A stretch of 55,008 nt of DNA from Rickettsiales bacterium (GTDB lineage Bacteria > Margulisbacteria > Marinamargulisbacteria > GCA-2716485 > GCA-002719695): positions 1-55,008 of the forward strand of contig JAYOLY010000001.1 in NCBI GenBank assembly GCA_038120575.1, written 5' to 3'. Every line of letters starts with the position of its first letter. The stretch's first letter is position 1. This document shows, one piece after another, positions 15,573 through 25,307 of this stretch. The notes beneath the pieces were generated by a model. The model worked only from the letters and a program-made list of their open reading frames with translations. It made no database searches and was not told the origin of the DNA. Both the position numbers and the translations under genes were made by a program.

Positions 15573-17630
15573 ATGATGATTAAGACACTATGCCTTATAA
15601 TTTTTTCGTTATTATTTTCATTACAAAGTCTAGCCGATACAGCAACAGTATCAACACAGTATACAGAAGCAAATTTAAGCTTAAGTCAAAAAAATATAGT
15701 AACAAATCCTGTCAATCAAACAATTAATAATCAAGTTGTATGGGCAAAGCTAACATTAAATCATAGGGATGGATGGCACTCCTATTGGAAAAATCCTGGA
15801 GATTCTGGCTTGCCAACGAAACTAAAATGGACACTGCCAAAGTTTATGTCTACTGGCGAGATGTTGTGGGCTCATCCCAGCATTTTTTATCTGGGTCCCA
15901 TAGTTAATTTTGGATATAAAAAAGAGTCAACTATATTGATCCCCATAACAATTAAATCATCACCTGATCTTAGTGAGATAAATATTAATGCAGCAGCTTC
16001 ATGGCTTGTTTGCAAAGAAGAATGCATTCCTGAAAAAGCCGAATTCACTATGTCGATGCCACTATCAGATCAACTTGATTTATCAGCACAAAACAAAACT
16101 ATTCATCACATAAAAGATACTCTGCTTATGACGCCACACATTAAAACAACGTTCCAGATTGTTAATTCAGTTTTTGAATTAAAGCTACCATCTTCATTAG
16201 AGGTTAAACAAACTGATTTAGTGTATTTTTACCCTGAACAACACAACGTTATATTATATAAAGACAAACAAACATTGATTGAAACAAATCAAGAGTTTTT
16301 TATACAAGCTGAAGCAAAACTTAATGCCCCAGATCTGGTTACAGGAATAATTCAAATTACATCAGCAGAAAAAACAGACTATATCAGAGTTGTTGCTGAA
16401 CAAAACAACGCTAAAGGGGCTGTATCAATTTGGGCTATTTTAACCTTCTTAATTTTTGCATTTATAGGAGGCCTAATCTTAAATATAATGCCTTGTGTAT
16501 TTCCTGTTTTATCTTTAAAAGTGCTATCCATTGTTCAAAAAGCAAAGCAATCTCATCAAAAAATTAAGCAAGAAGCTATTGCCTACACCATTGGTGTTTT
16601 ATCCAGTTTTTATGGTTTAGTTGTATTGTTATTAATTTTTAAAACAATTGGTCATCAAATTGGATGGGGGTTTCAGTTACAATCTCCTGTATTTATTTAT
16701 TTTATGATTGGATTAATGATGTTAGTTGGGCTTAATCTGAATGGCTTGTTTGAGCTTCCTTCGTTTCTAGCAGCTGTTCCAGGAAAGTTGGGGACTGTCC
16801 ATACAAAAACAACCACTCAAAATAATCAATGGGGTAGTTTTTTTACAGGCGTTCTTGCTGTAATAATCGCCACTCCATGCACAGCACCGTTTATGGCACC
16901 TGCTATAGGATTTGCCTTCACTCAATCTGTATTTATTAATGTATTAATTTTCACTGCTCTCGGATTGGGCTTTAGTTTTCCATACTTGTTAATTGCATAT
17001 ATCCCTCGATTAATTTCCTTTTTGCCCAAACCAGGACAATGGATGAATACGGCAAAACACGTTCTAGCCATCCCTATGTATTTAACTGTTGTATGGTTAA
17101 TAGCCATTTTTTATATGCAATTAAATATTATTGGTGTTGTTATTGCGTTATGTCTTGTTTTAGCGTTAATTAGCTATTGTTTATCTGTAAGTTTTGAATC
17201 AGATATTATTAAATCAATCATTAAGTTGATCATCGTATTGTTGATATTAGGGCTGTCTATGTTGGTCAGTAAAATAGATCAATCCACTACCAAATCAACA
17301 GAAACGAAACAAATTTATCAATTAAATACAGCCTTAAAAAATAAAGAAGCAACGTTCGTAGATGTTACCGCAGCGTGGTGTTTAAGTTGTAAAGTTAATG
17401 AACGATTGGTTTTAGACACAACAGAGATTCAAAATGCCTTCAAAAACAATAATGTAAATTACATTGTTCTTGATTGGACAAATGAAAATGAGTACATATC
17501 TCAATATTTAGATTCATTTGATAGACAAGGGGTTCCATTATACGTTTTTTATAACAAAGAAGGAGAGTCTAGAGTACTTCCACAAATTTTAACTAAAAAA
17601 ATGATTTATGATTTATTCGAAGATAAGTAA
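15573..17630 (+). CDS. DsbD/ScsB-family membrane thiol:disulfide reductase
   Basis: It has a signal peptide and an N-terminal domain with WHSYWKNPGDSGLPT and LVCKEECIP. The membrane core carries MPCVFPVLSLK and TPCTAPFM. The C-terminal thioredoxin fold carries WCLSCK. Confidence 0.8.
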   Translation: MMIKTLCLIIFSLLFSLQSLADTATVSTQYTEANLSLSQKNIVTNPVNQTINNQVVWAKLTLNHRDGWHSYWKNPGDSGLPTKLKWTLPKFMSTGEMLWAHPSIFYLGPIVNFGYKKESTILIPITIKSSPDLSEININAAASWLVCKEECIPEKAEFTMSMPLSDQLDLSAQNKTIHHIKDTLLMTPHIKTTFQIVNSVFELKLPSSLEVKQTDLVYFYPEQHNVILYKDKQTLIETNQEFFIQAEAKLNAPDLVTGIIQITSAEKTDYIRVVAEQNNAKGAVSIWAILTFLIFAFIGGLILNIMPCVFPVLSLKVLSIVQKAKQSHQKIKQEAIAYTIGVLSSFYGLVVLLLIFKTIGHQIGWGFQLQSPVFIYFMIGLMMLVGLNLNGLFELPSFLAAVPGKLGTVHTKTTTQNNQWGSFFTGVLAVIIATPCTAPFMAPAIGFAFTQSVFINVLIFTALGLGFSFPYLLIAYIPRLISFLPKPGQWMNTAKHVLAIPMYLTVVWLIAIFYMQLNIIGVVIALCLVLALISYCLSVSFESDIIKSIIKLIIVLLILGLSMLVSKIDQSTTKSTETKQIYQLNTALKNKEATFVDVTAAWCLSCKVNERLVLDTTEIQNAFKNNNVNYIVLDWTNENEYISQYLDSFDRQGVPLYVFYNKEGESRVLPQILTKKMIYDLFEDK

Positions 17631-17674
17631 ATGTTATAGTGTATTTAAGATTAAGAAAATAAAAGAGGAAAAAT

Positions 17675-18349
17675 ATGAGCAACAAAAACAAAAACATTTT
17701 TAAGAATATTTTAATTTTACTCCTTGCGTTATCAATGACAACATTTTTGTCTTGTTTTAATAAAAATAATAAATCGGATAACACAAAGCAAAACACAGCG
17801 CAAACTCAAGTTGTTGTAATCAATCAAGCAGCACCAAATTTTACAGCTGTTGATTCGCTTGGAAAAAAGCATGCACTTAGCGATTACAAAGGGAAAATAG
17901 TTGTATTAGAATGGAAGAATAGTGGATGTCCATTTGTAAAAAAACATTATGACTCTGGAAATATGCAAGAGACACAGCGTTATGCGCTAGAAAAAGATGT
18001 TGTTTGGTTTAGTGTGATTTCATCGGCAAAAGGCCGCCAGGGTTACGTTACAAAATCAGAGTGTAATGAAGATTTGAAGGAAGAAAATTCCAAACCTACA
18101 GCAGTATTGCTAGATCCAAAAGGAGAGCTTGGAAAACTGTATAATGCAAAGGTTACGCCTCATATATTCATTATTAATCAAAATGGGAATCTTGCCTACC
18201 AAGGTGCTATTGATAGCATTGCATCTGCTGATCAAAGTGATATATCAGAAGCTACTAATTATGCAAAAACAACGATTGATGCATTAATTAGTAACAACAC
18301 AGTCAATCCACAAGAAACACGTCCATACGGCTGTTCAGTAAAATATTAA
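17675..18349 (+). CDS. thioredoxin-fold (PRX-like/redoxin) lipoprotein, single-Cys variant
   Basis: The lipobox is TFLSC. The motif FTAVDSLGKKHALSDYKGKIVVLEWKNSGCPFVKKHY is present. The C-terminal YGCSVKY resembles the C-terminus of ORF 23341-23892. Confidence 0.65.
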   Translation: MSNKNKNIFKNILILLLALSMTTFLSCFNKNNKSDNTKQNTAQTQVVVINQAAPNFTAVDSLGKKHALSDYKGKIVVLEWKNSGCPFVKKHYDSGNMQETQRYALEKDVVWFSVISSAKGRQGYVTKSECNEDLKEENSKPTAVLLDPKGELGKLYNAKVTPHIFIINQNGNLAYQGAIDSIASADQSDISEATNYAKTTIDALISNNTVNPQETRPYGCSVKY

Positions 18350-19305
18350 AATAGGGATTGTTCGATTTTTTGAGTCACATTAAAGTGTAGTTTAGCTACA
18401 GAAAATAACTTATCTTTTCCAATTGTATTAACAAAATCAATCGCTGCATCAACAGCTTTGTTTGTAGATCCTTTTGGAAAGGTCATATTATAGTGTTTTG
18501 ACATCTTTTCCAGCTCGGTCACAAAATGATGACGAGCAATAATGCTAGCACAGGCAACAGCAACATTGCTTTCTGCTCTTGGCCTCTGAAACAATGTCAC
18601 TTTAAGATCTTTTGCTCGCAATGAGTTTTTAAGTAATGATGCATTGCCAAATTGATCGGATAAGGCATGCTTACATTCGCCTTGCTTTAAGGTGTCTTCT
18701 AGAACTTTCATGTGTGCCCACGCAAGAATATGATTTAAATTATTATATTTTTCGTATACTTCATTGTAGCTTTGATTTCCCATGACTAGGATCGTATGTT
18801 GGCATCTTTTTTTTATTTGTTTTGCTAAAAAAGAAATACTTGTTGCTGACAGTTTTTTAGAATCTGTAACACCAAGAGCTTCAAGTTCTGGTTTTAAATC
18901 TGGAGTAACTCTTACCGCAGCAATAACAAGTGGGCCGAAATAATCACCTTTCCCAGATTCATCAATTCCAATTAAGTCATCAGGGTCTTTGTCATTGAAA
19001 TTAAGTTTTTCAACATCTTTTTCTTTTGAGGTAATTAAATCAGAAAGAGTTTCTTTTTTAGGTTTTTCTGACAAAATGGCTTGAACATAAAGCGAAAAAT
19101 CGTCATCTTTGAGTTGAGAAAAATCAAATCTTAAGCCTTTTTTTCCGTCATAAATACGAATAAATCCAGACAAATTGTCTTTGAAAATAAGAAATTGTAG
19201 ACCATAATTGATTTCGCGATACGGATTAACAGTGAGATGCTCAGCTTGTAATAAATGTTTAGCCTTATCATAAAGTTGATAAATATCTTTAGCCCCTAGC
19301 ATCAC
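18346..19305 (-). CDS. rnhC: ribonuclease HIII
   Basis: The RNase HII/HIII catalytic motif GIDESGKGDYFGPLVIAAV is preceded by a ~90-aa N-terminal extension. The total of 319 aa is typical of HIII. Confidence 0.75.
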   Translation of the reverse strand: MMLGAKDIYQLYDKAKHLLQAEHLTVNPYREINYGLQFLIFKDNLSGFIRIYDGKKGLRFDFSQLKDDDFSLYVQAILSEKPKKETLSDLITSKEKDVEKLNFNDKDPDDLIGIDESGKGDYFGPLVIAAVRVTPDLKPELEALGVTDSKKLSATSISFLAKQIKKRCQHTILVMGNQSYNEVYEKYNNLNHILAWAHMKVLEDTLKQGECKHALSDQFGNASLLKNSLRAKDLKVTLFQRPRAESNVAVACASIIARHHFVTELEKMSKHYNMTFPKGSTNKAVDAAIDFVNTIGKDKLFSVAKLHFNVTQKIEQSLF

Positions 19306-19423
19306 TTTAGTATAGTCAACTTTATAATATTTAGGAATAAATATTTTATAACTACTTGCCTAGTTTAGTATATTTGTTAAACTATATTATCTGTAAAATG
19401 TTTAAAATGAGGAGTAATCATTA

Positions 19424-21268
19424 ATGCCTAAAACTAAAGATTCATTAAATATAACAGGAGATATAAGTATTCATTCGGAAAATATTTTACCTGTTATCAA
19501 AAAATATTTATATTCTGAAAATGAAATATTCGTAAGAGAGCTTATTTCTAATGGATTTGATGCGATAACAAAACTAAAAAAGATAGCCAGTCAAGAAGAC
19601 GTAGAAAACATATCAGATGAGTGGAAAATTAACGTTACAATAGACGAAAAAAAGAAAACAATTACATTTTCTGATAATGGATTAGGTCTTGATGCAGAAG
19701 ATGTTCAAAAATACATCAATCAGGTTGCTTTTTCAGGCGCAACAGATTTTATTGAAAAATATAAAGACAAAGAAGAGTCTGAAAATATTATTGGACACTT
19801 TGGACTTGGGTTTTACTCAGCATTTATCATTTCAGAAAATGTTGAAATTGAATCACTATCGTACAAAGCTAAAGCAAAATCTATTTTGTGGTCATGCGAT
19901 GGGTCTACAAAATTTAAATTGGTTGAAGGTAAGCGTAAAACAGTAGGTACAGACATTATTTTGCATGTGTCTGACGAATCTAAAGATTATTTATCTGAAA
20001 TGAAACTTACTGAACTTGTTAAAAAATATGCTAATTTTTTACCTATAGAAATTCAGGTTAATGGAAAGAAAGTAAATCATGAAAATCCACTTTGGAACAA
20101 GCAACCTAAAGATGTCAAAGACGAGGAGTATAAAGAGTTTTACAAGACATTATTTCCATACAATGCAGAACCATTATTTTGGATTCATCTTAATGTTGAT
20201 TATCCATTCAATCTAAAAGGAATTTTATATTTTCCAAAAATTCTACATGAACTTGATGCCAACAAAGGAAATGTTAAGTTGTTTTGCCAGCAAGTTTTTG
20301 TCACTGATGATGCAAAAGCCGTTGTCCCAGAATTTCTAACTCTTTTACAAGGAGCTATTGATTGCCCAGATATTCCATTAAATGTTTCAAGAAGCTATCT
20401 TCAAAACGATCCTTATGTCAGAAAAATATCAGCACATATTGTCAAAAAAGTTGGCGATAAATTAAATTCATTATATAAAAATGACAAAAAGAATTTTGAA
20501 TCATTCTGGACAGATATTCATCACTTTATTAAATACGGAATGATGGAGCAAAATGATTTCTATGAAAAAGTAAAAGATATTGTAATTTTTCCATCATCTT
20601 CGGGATATTCGACGTCAATTCCAGAATATCTAGAACGTAATAAAGCCAAACTTGAAAATAAAGTGTTGTATTGTACAAACAAAGATGAACAGGCTTCTTA
20701 TGTAGATTTATGTAAAAAGCAAGAACTTGAAGTTATATTTTTACAATCATTAATTGATACACATTTCATTCAATTCTTAGAATCCAAAAATAGTGATGTC
20801 AAATACACAGCGGTAGACGCTGAATTGTCAGAACATCTTGTCGATACAACAAAAACGGATATTGTTGATAAAGACAACAAAACAAACAAAGATAAGCTTG
20901 AACAGCTGTTTAAATCTAATTTAAACAACGATAAACTTAAAATTGATGTGAAAAGTCTTAAATCAGATCATATACCTGCTATTATTCTTGAGTCTGAGCA
21001 AACAAAAAGAATGAAACAAATGTCGGCTTTAATGAAAGGAAATCAAATGCCAATATTTGACGACTATACTGTTATAGTAAATGAAAATAATACACTAGTT
21101 AAAAAGGTTTTATCATTAAATCAATTTGAAACAAAACAAGAGAAAGTAAAGCTATTATGTGAGCATATTTATGACTTGGCATTAATGGGAAATAAACCAT
21201 TAGACGGTGATAAAATGCAACAGTTTTTGAATCGATCTGTAACGTTGTTAGAAGATATAGCAGAATAA
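19424..21268 (+). CDS. htpG: molecular chaperone HtpG (Hsp90 family)
   Basis: Motifs FVRELISNGFDA and GHFGLGFYSAF are present. The length of 614 aa fits and a GAGGAG Shine-Dalgarno precedes it. Confidence 0.9.
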   Translation: MPKTKDSLNITGDISIHSENILPVIKKYLYSENEIFVRELISNGFDAITKLKKIASQEDVENISDEWKINVTIDEKKKTITFSDNGLGLDAEDVQKYINQVAFSGATDFIEKYKDKEESENIIGHFGLGFYSAFIISENVEIESLSYKAKAKSILWSCDGSTKFKLVEGKRKTVGTDIILHVSDESKDYLSEMKLTELVKKYANFLPIEIQVNGKKVNHENPLWNKQPKDVKDEEYKEFYKTLFPYNAEPLFWIHLNVDYPFNLKGILYFPKILHELDANKGNVKLFCQQVFVTDDAKAVVPEFLTLLQGAIDCPDIPLNVSRSYLQNDPYVRKISAHIVKKVGDKLNSLYKNDKKNFESFWTDIHHFIKYGMMEQNDFYEKVKDIVIFPSSSGYSTSIPEYLERNKAKLENKVLYCTNKDEQASYVDLCKKQELEVIFLQSLIDTHFIQFLESKNSDVKYTAVDAELSEHLVDTTKTDIVDKDNKTNKDKLEQLFKSNLNNDKLKIDVKSLKSDHIPAIILESEQTKRMKQMSALMKGNQMPIFDDYTVIVNENNTLVKKVLSLNQFETKQEKVKLLCEHIYDLALMGNKPLDGDKMQQFLNRSVTLLEDIAE

Positions 21269-21272
21269 GACA

Positions 21273-21887
21273 ATGTCATTGACTGAAGTAAAACATATTA
21301 TAAAAAATCATCTTTATATTGTTTTTAACGAAAATTTTTATAATGAGTCTAAATCAACTTTTCTGGAAAGATATGTTGCAAAACATCCATTACTAAAACC
21401 AGAGTTAATTGTTGTAAACGATCAATTGCAGGGTTTCAAGAAAGCAAGTAAAAAAATTACATCATTAGAAGATTTTCCGATATTTCTTGAAATTGAAGGC
21501 TTAAGAGATGATGAAAATTGCTTCATTGACAGTATAGATCTATATGCTGAAGCCAATATTAATAGTCAAAAAAAGCTTTCAGATATAATTTTTCTATCAA
21601 ATTTATATCAAGACTATGTCTATTTAGAACGCGTTCTTGATGTATCAAGAGCTGGTGACGAGTCGTTGATGATTACATCAAAAATTCAAGAACAATTGAT
21701 GGAACTTACAATTGATAATCCTGAAGATGGGTTTATAGAACTGGAAGTATTTATTAAAATATTAAAAAATCACTTAACAATTTTTTGTCATATTATTCAA
21801 GTATTAAATGAAGTGATTATAAAAAATGTAGATCTTTCGAAAGTTGAATCTAAATTAGGATATTTTCCAGAACATTTTAATGATTAA
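21273..21887 (+). CDS. hypothetical protein (204 aa), tightly coupled between htpG and a trpD-like gene
   Basis: It starts 4 nt after the htpG stop and overlaps the next gene by 8 nt. No motif recognised. Confidence 0.5.
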   Translation: MSLTEVKHIIKNHLYIVFNENFYNESKSTFLERYVAKHPLLKPELIVVNDQLQGFKKASKKITSLEDFPIFLEIEGLRDDENCFIDSIDLYAEANINSQKKLSDIIFLSNLYQDYVYLERVLDVSRAGDESLMITSKIQEQLMELTIDNPEDGFIELEVFIKILKNHLTIFCHIIQVLNEVIIKNVDLSKVESKLGYFPEHFND

Positions 21888-22902
21888 AGATGCCTTAACT
21901 CGTCTGCAGTCTCATGATACGTTATCTTATGATATGTGCAAAGACGTAATGGATGGAATCTTAAATGGCAAAGAAACAGATAATGACATTTTGCTATTGT
22001 TAGAGTCTTATGACAACAAAAACATCTCTCCAGAAGAGTTGACGGGGTTTCTAGATAGTTTAATGACACATAGTCAGCCCTTCAACTCGATCCCAACAGC
22101 TATTGATACATGCGGAACAGGAGGGTCTGGTCAAAGCAGATTTAATGTTTCAACGGTTGTAGGCTTTGTTTTAGCTGCTGCAGGAGAAACTGTTGTAAAA
22201 CATGGAAATTATGGATCTGTAAGTCCTAATGGAAGTTTTAATTTTCTAGAAGAAATGGGTATTCCTTTTTTATTAGCAAAAGAAAATTTAGAAACACTTG
22301 TCTCTGAAACCAATATTTGTTTTTTGTTTGCTCGACTTTTTCATCCTGCAATGAAATATGTTGCAACTGCACGAAAACAATTTCAGAAACGAAGTTTTTT
22401 TAATTTACTTGGACCACTAGCAAATCCTGCACAGGTTAAGCATCAATTAATTGGACTACCTAATAGCAATAATTTAGATTTATTAATAAATTGCATTAAA
22501 TTTAAAAATATGAATAAAGTCGTCTTTGTAATTGGTGGGGATGGGAAAGATGAAATCAGCCTAGATGGGACAAGTCAGATTGTAGAAGTAAAAGATAATG
22601 ACATAAATTCATATTCATTCAATTTTCAACAAGAAATAAAACCCGTCAAATCCAATTATCCCACTGGAACAAGCAAAGAAAATGCAGCTTTATTTAATTC
22701 AATTATGACTCAAAAAGAGTTTGAGCATCCCATCATTGAGCATGTTTGCATTAATGCAGCAGCTGGTTTTGTAGCCCTTGAAACATGTGATTCTTTACAT
22801 GAAGGGTATAAAAAATCCAAACAATTATTTGAAAATGGCTTAGTCCAAAAAAAAATTGATACGTTTAAGCAACGTTCAATAGAACTAGCTAGCTTGGATT
22901 AA
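21880..22902 (+). CDS. anthranilate phosphoribosyltransferase-like protein (glycosyltransferase family 3), divergent
   Basis: DTCGTGGSGQSRFNVST compares with the canonical CGTGGDG..TFNIST. KHGN and GGDGKDEIS are present. The usual NR..SS.SGSAD segment reads NYGSVSPNGSFN instead. Confidence 0.65.
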   Translation: MIKDALTRLQSHDTLSYDMCKDVMDGILNGKETDNDILLLLESYDNKNISPEELTGFLDSLMTHSQPFNSIPTAIDTCGTGGSGQSRFNVSTVVGFVLAAAGETVVKHGNYGSVSPNGSFNFLEEMGIPFLLAKENLETLVSETNICFLFARLFHPAMKYVATARKQFQKRSFFNLLGPLANPAQVKHQLIGLPNSNNLDLLINCIKFKNMNKVVFVIGGDGKDEISLDGTSQIVEVKDNDINSYSFNFQQEIKPVKSNYPTGTSKENAALFNSIMTQKEFEHPIIEHVCINAAAGFVALETCDSLHEGYKKSKQLFENGLVQKKIDTFKQRSIELASLD

Positions 22903-23353
22903 TTGTCCATTTTAATAAAAGTTCATCCATCAAATAAAGACGAACAAATAGTGAGCCTGTCAGTGGCGACTCTAGTTGATAAGTAAGTTCACCCTCTACT
23001 TGATACTCATTTTTTTTATTTATGCTCCAAACTCCATCAGACAGTAATGTTTCATCTGAATCATCTAATGAAACAAGAGCAATCTCTGTCATAGGAAGAT
23101 GAATAGCTTTTGGAAATTCATAACTTTCTAAATGAATGACAAGATTAAGGATATCTTTTTGGCTCGATAAATAGGGCGTAACAGAAACGTTTATTTGGTT
23201 AAAAACTGTTTGTTGTTGATCTAATACAGATGAATCATCAAAATTAAAATCAACTTGATTTGCTCGGTTAGGTATAACAGCCCATATAAATACAGAGACA
23301 ATAAAGGTTAGTAAGATATAAAAACGTCTACGTCGTTGTTTTAGTGTTGCCAT
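22889..23353 (-). CDS. hypothetical membrane-anchored protein (154 aa)
   Basis: The N-terminal KQRRRRF is followed by one hydrophobic helix. It overlaps the upstream thioredoxin-like gene by 13 nt, suggesting the same operon. Confidence 0.5.
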   Translation of the reverse strand: MATLKQRRRRFYILLTFIVSVFIWAVIPNRANQVDFNFDDSSVLDQQQTVFNQINVSVTPYLSSQKDILNLVIHLESYEFPKAIHLPMTEIALVSLDDSDETLLSDGVWSINKKNEYQVEGELTYQLESPLTGSLFVRLYLMDELLLKWTINPS

Positions 23354-23892
23354 TTAATTGAACACCCCATTGATGGAAACTGATCAACCGGAGCTGGTTT
23401 ATACTCAGAAAGAAGTTCAATGGCATGTTTAAGATCTTGCTTAGTTACATTGGATTCCTGTTTCCAGTTATCATCCAAACGGCCATGATAGTAAAGGCTC
23501 ATATCTGGTTTTACTAAATAAATATCTGGAGTACATTGGGCTTGATATTGTTTGGCTACAGATTGATCTGAATCTACTAAGTATGGAAACGTTAATTCTT
23601 TATTTTTGCTAAATAATGCCATGTTTTCAGGAGAATCTTCTGGATAGTCTGGGTGAATATTAGGATTAATTGCAACGCTTTCTATTCCTAATGCTTTAGC
23701 GTGTCGAGCTAAAGCTATAAATCGATCCCAAATAGCAATAGCATATGGGCAATGATTACAAGTAAATTTGATTAACAACCCATTGTTTCCCATTAAGCTT
23801 GTTGAAGAGTGTGTGTCACTATTTGGATCATTTAATTGAAAATGAGGTAAAATTGAACCCACTTTAAGTGGAAGAGATTCTAATAAAACCAT
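23341..23892 (-). CDS. thioredoxin-fold PRX-like1 family protein (CxxC)
   Basis: The motif is FTCNHCPYAIA. The C-terminal MGCSIKW is paralogous in pattern to the 17675-18349 protein. Confidence 0.7.
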   Translation of the reverse strand: MVLLESLPLKVGSILPHFQLNDPNSDTHSSTSLMGNNGLLIKFTCNHCPYAIAIWDRFIALARHAKALGIESVAINPNIHPDYPEDSPENMALFSKNKELTFPYLVDSDQSVAKQYQAQCTPDIYLVKPDMSLYYHGRLDDNWKQESNVTKQDLKHAIELLSEYKPAPVDQFPSMGCSIKWQH

Positions 23893-23903
23893 TGATGAAC
23901 TCC

Positions 23904-25247
23904 TTATTTTTTTAAAAAAGTCATTATAGCATCAATGGAAGAAAATTTAACTCGAACTTTTTTCGTTTCTTGACCCAATTTAAGTTCATAAGCGTTAAGT
24001 TTAAGCCAGTCTTGATAAGAGATCCATTTACAAGAATGTTTACTTAAAATATCTTCAATTGATATTGTATGAGTAATGGTTGGTAATTGATCAAGATCTT
24101 CAAAAAAAGAGGCAACAGTTTCTTTTGCATCTGCTCGATTTGTTCCGACTACACCTTGAGCGCCTCGTTTGATCCATCCAGATGTATATAGACCTTGAAG
24201 GACAAGATTGTTGTCAGTAATTCTGCCATGTTGATTTGGAATAATATGGAGCTTATCATCAAATGGAATACCTTTTACTTTAATCCCTATATAACCAATA
24301 CTTAAAAAGGCAGCAGAACAATCAATAGAAAAAAAGGAGTTAGTTCCAATTGCTTTTTGGTGATGAGGATCGCCAGTCAGTTGAGTTTTTTCAAAAGTGA
24401 TGGATGACAGCTGATTGTTTCCAACAAATTCAACAGGTTGCGAATAAAAATGAATAGTTAGCTTTTTTGTTGCAGAAATAGAGGGCTGATTAGAAATACT
24501 TTGAATTAATTCTATATTAGATTTAGCTTTACTGGATTTATCAAGCTCAATATGATCTTGGTCACTTAAAGACATGTCTTTGGTATCAATAGTAACGTCA
24601 AGATCTGGTAAAGAAATAAGTTCTTTGAATTCTTTGGCTGTAAATGCAGCTTGAACAGGAGAACGTCTTGCAAACATATGAACGTGGTTTACCTTGCTTT
24701 GTTTTAAAGTCGTGATGGCTCTATCTGAGATATCAGATTGTTCAATGTCTTTTATAGGTTTCAATAATAAACGAGCAATATCTACAGATACATTTCCAAT
24801 CCCAATAATACCAACAGTATCACCTTGAAGATCAGCTGGATGTAAATCGTAGTGTGGATGACTATTATACCACCTTACCATATGTCTTGACGGAACAACC
24901 CCGGCCAAATGATTGCCAGGAATGTTTAAATCTCGATCTGATTCAGACCCTGTACAGATAAACAGAGCTGTATAAAATGGTTTCATCTCTTCGATTGTAA
25001 GATCGTCACCAATTTTGATGTTTCCATAGAAATGAATTTGGTTTGGAAAGCGATCAAATATTTTTTCATAATAGGCTTGAAGATTTTTAATTGTTTGATG
25101 ATCCGGAGCAACTCCTGTACGTAACAGCCCATAAGGAGAAGGGAGTTTGTCAAAAAGATCTATAAAAATTGTACTGTTTTCTCTAAGCAGTTGATCCATA
25201 ACAAACAATCCACTAGGGCCAGCACCAATTATTGCAACACGAATCAT
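23904..25247 (-). CDS. ferredoxin--NADP+ reductase of the adrenodoxin-reductase/FprA type
   Basis: The N-terminal motif is VAIIGAGPSGLF. DKLPSPYGLLRTGVAPDH and a second dinucleotide motif GIIGIGNVSVDIARLL are present. The length is ~450 aa. Confidence 0.8.
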   Translation of the reverse strand: MIRVAIIGAGPSGLFVMDQLLRENSTIFIDLFDKLPSPYGLLRTGVAPDHQTIKNLQAYYEKIFDRFPNQIHFYGNIKIGDDLTIEEMKPFYTALFICTGSESDRDLNIPGNHLAGVVPSRHMVRWYNSHPHYDLHPADLQGDTVGIIGIGNVSVDIARLLLKPIKDIEQSDISDRAITTLKQSKVNHVHMFARRSPVQAAFTAKEFKELISLPDLDVTIDTKDMSLSDQDHIELDKSSKAKSNIELIQSISNQPSISATKKLTIHFYSQPVEFVGNNQLSSITFEKTQLTGDPHHQKAIGTNSFFSIDCSAAFLSIGYIGIKVKGIPFDDKLHIIPNQHGRITDNNLVLQGLYTSGWIKRGAQGVVGTNRADAKETVASFFEDLDQLPTITHTISIEDILSKHSCKWISYQDWLKLNAYELKLGQETKKVRVKFSSIDAIMTFLKK

Positions 25248-25307
25248 ATCCTTATGTTATCATAAGAACAAACAAGAATTAAAAAATTATTTTTCAAAAC
25301 GTGTCAT

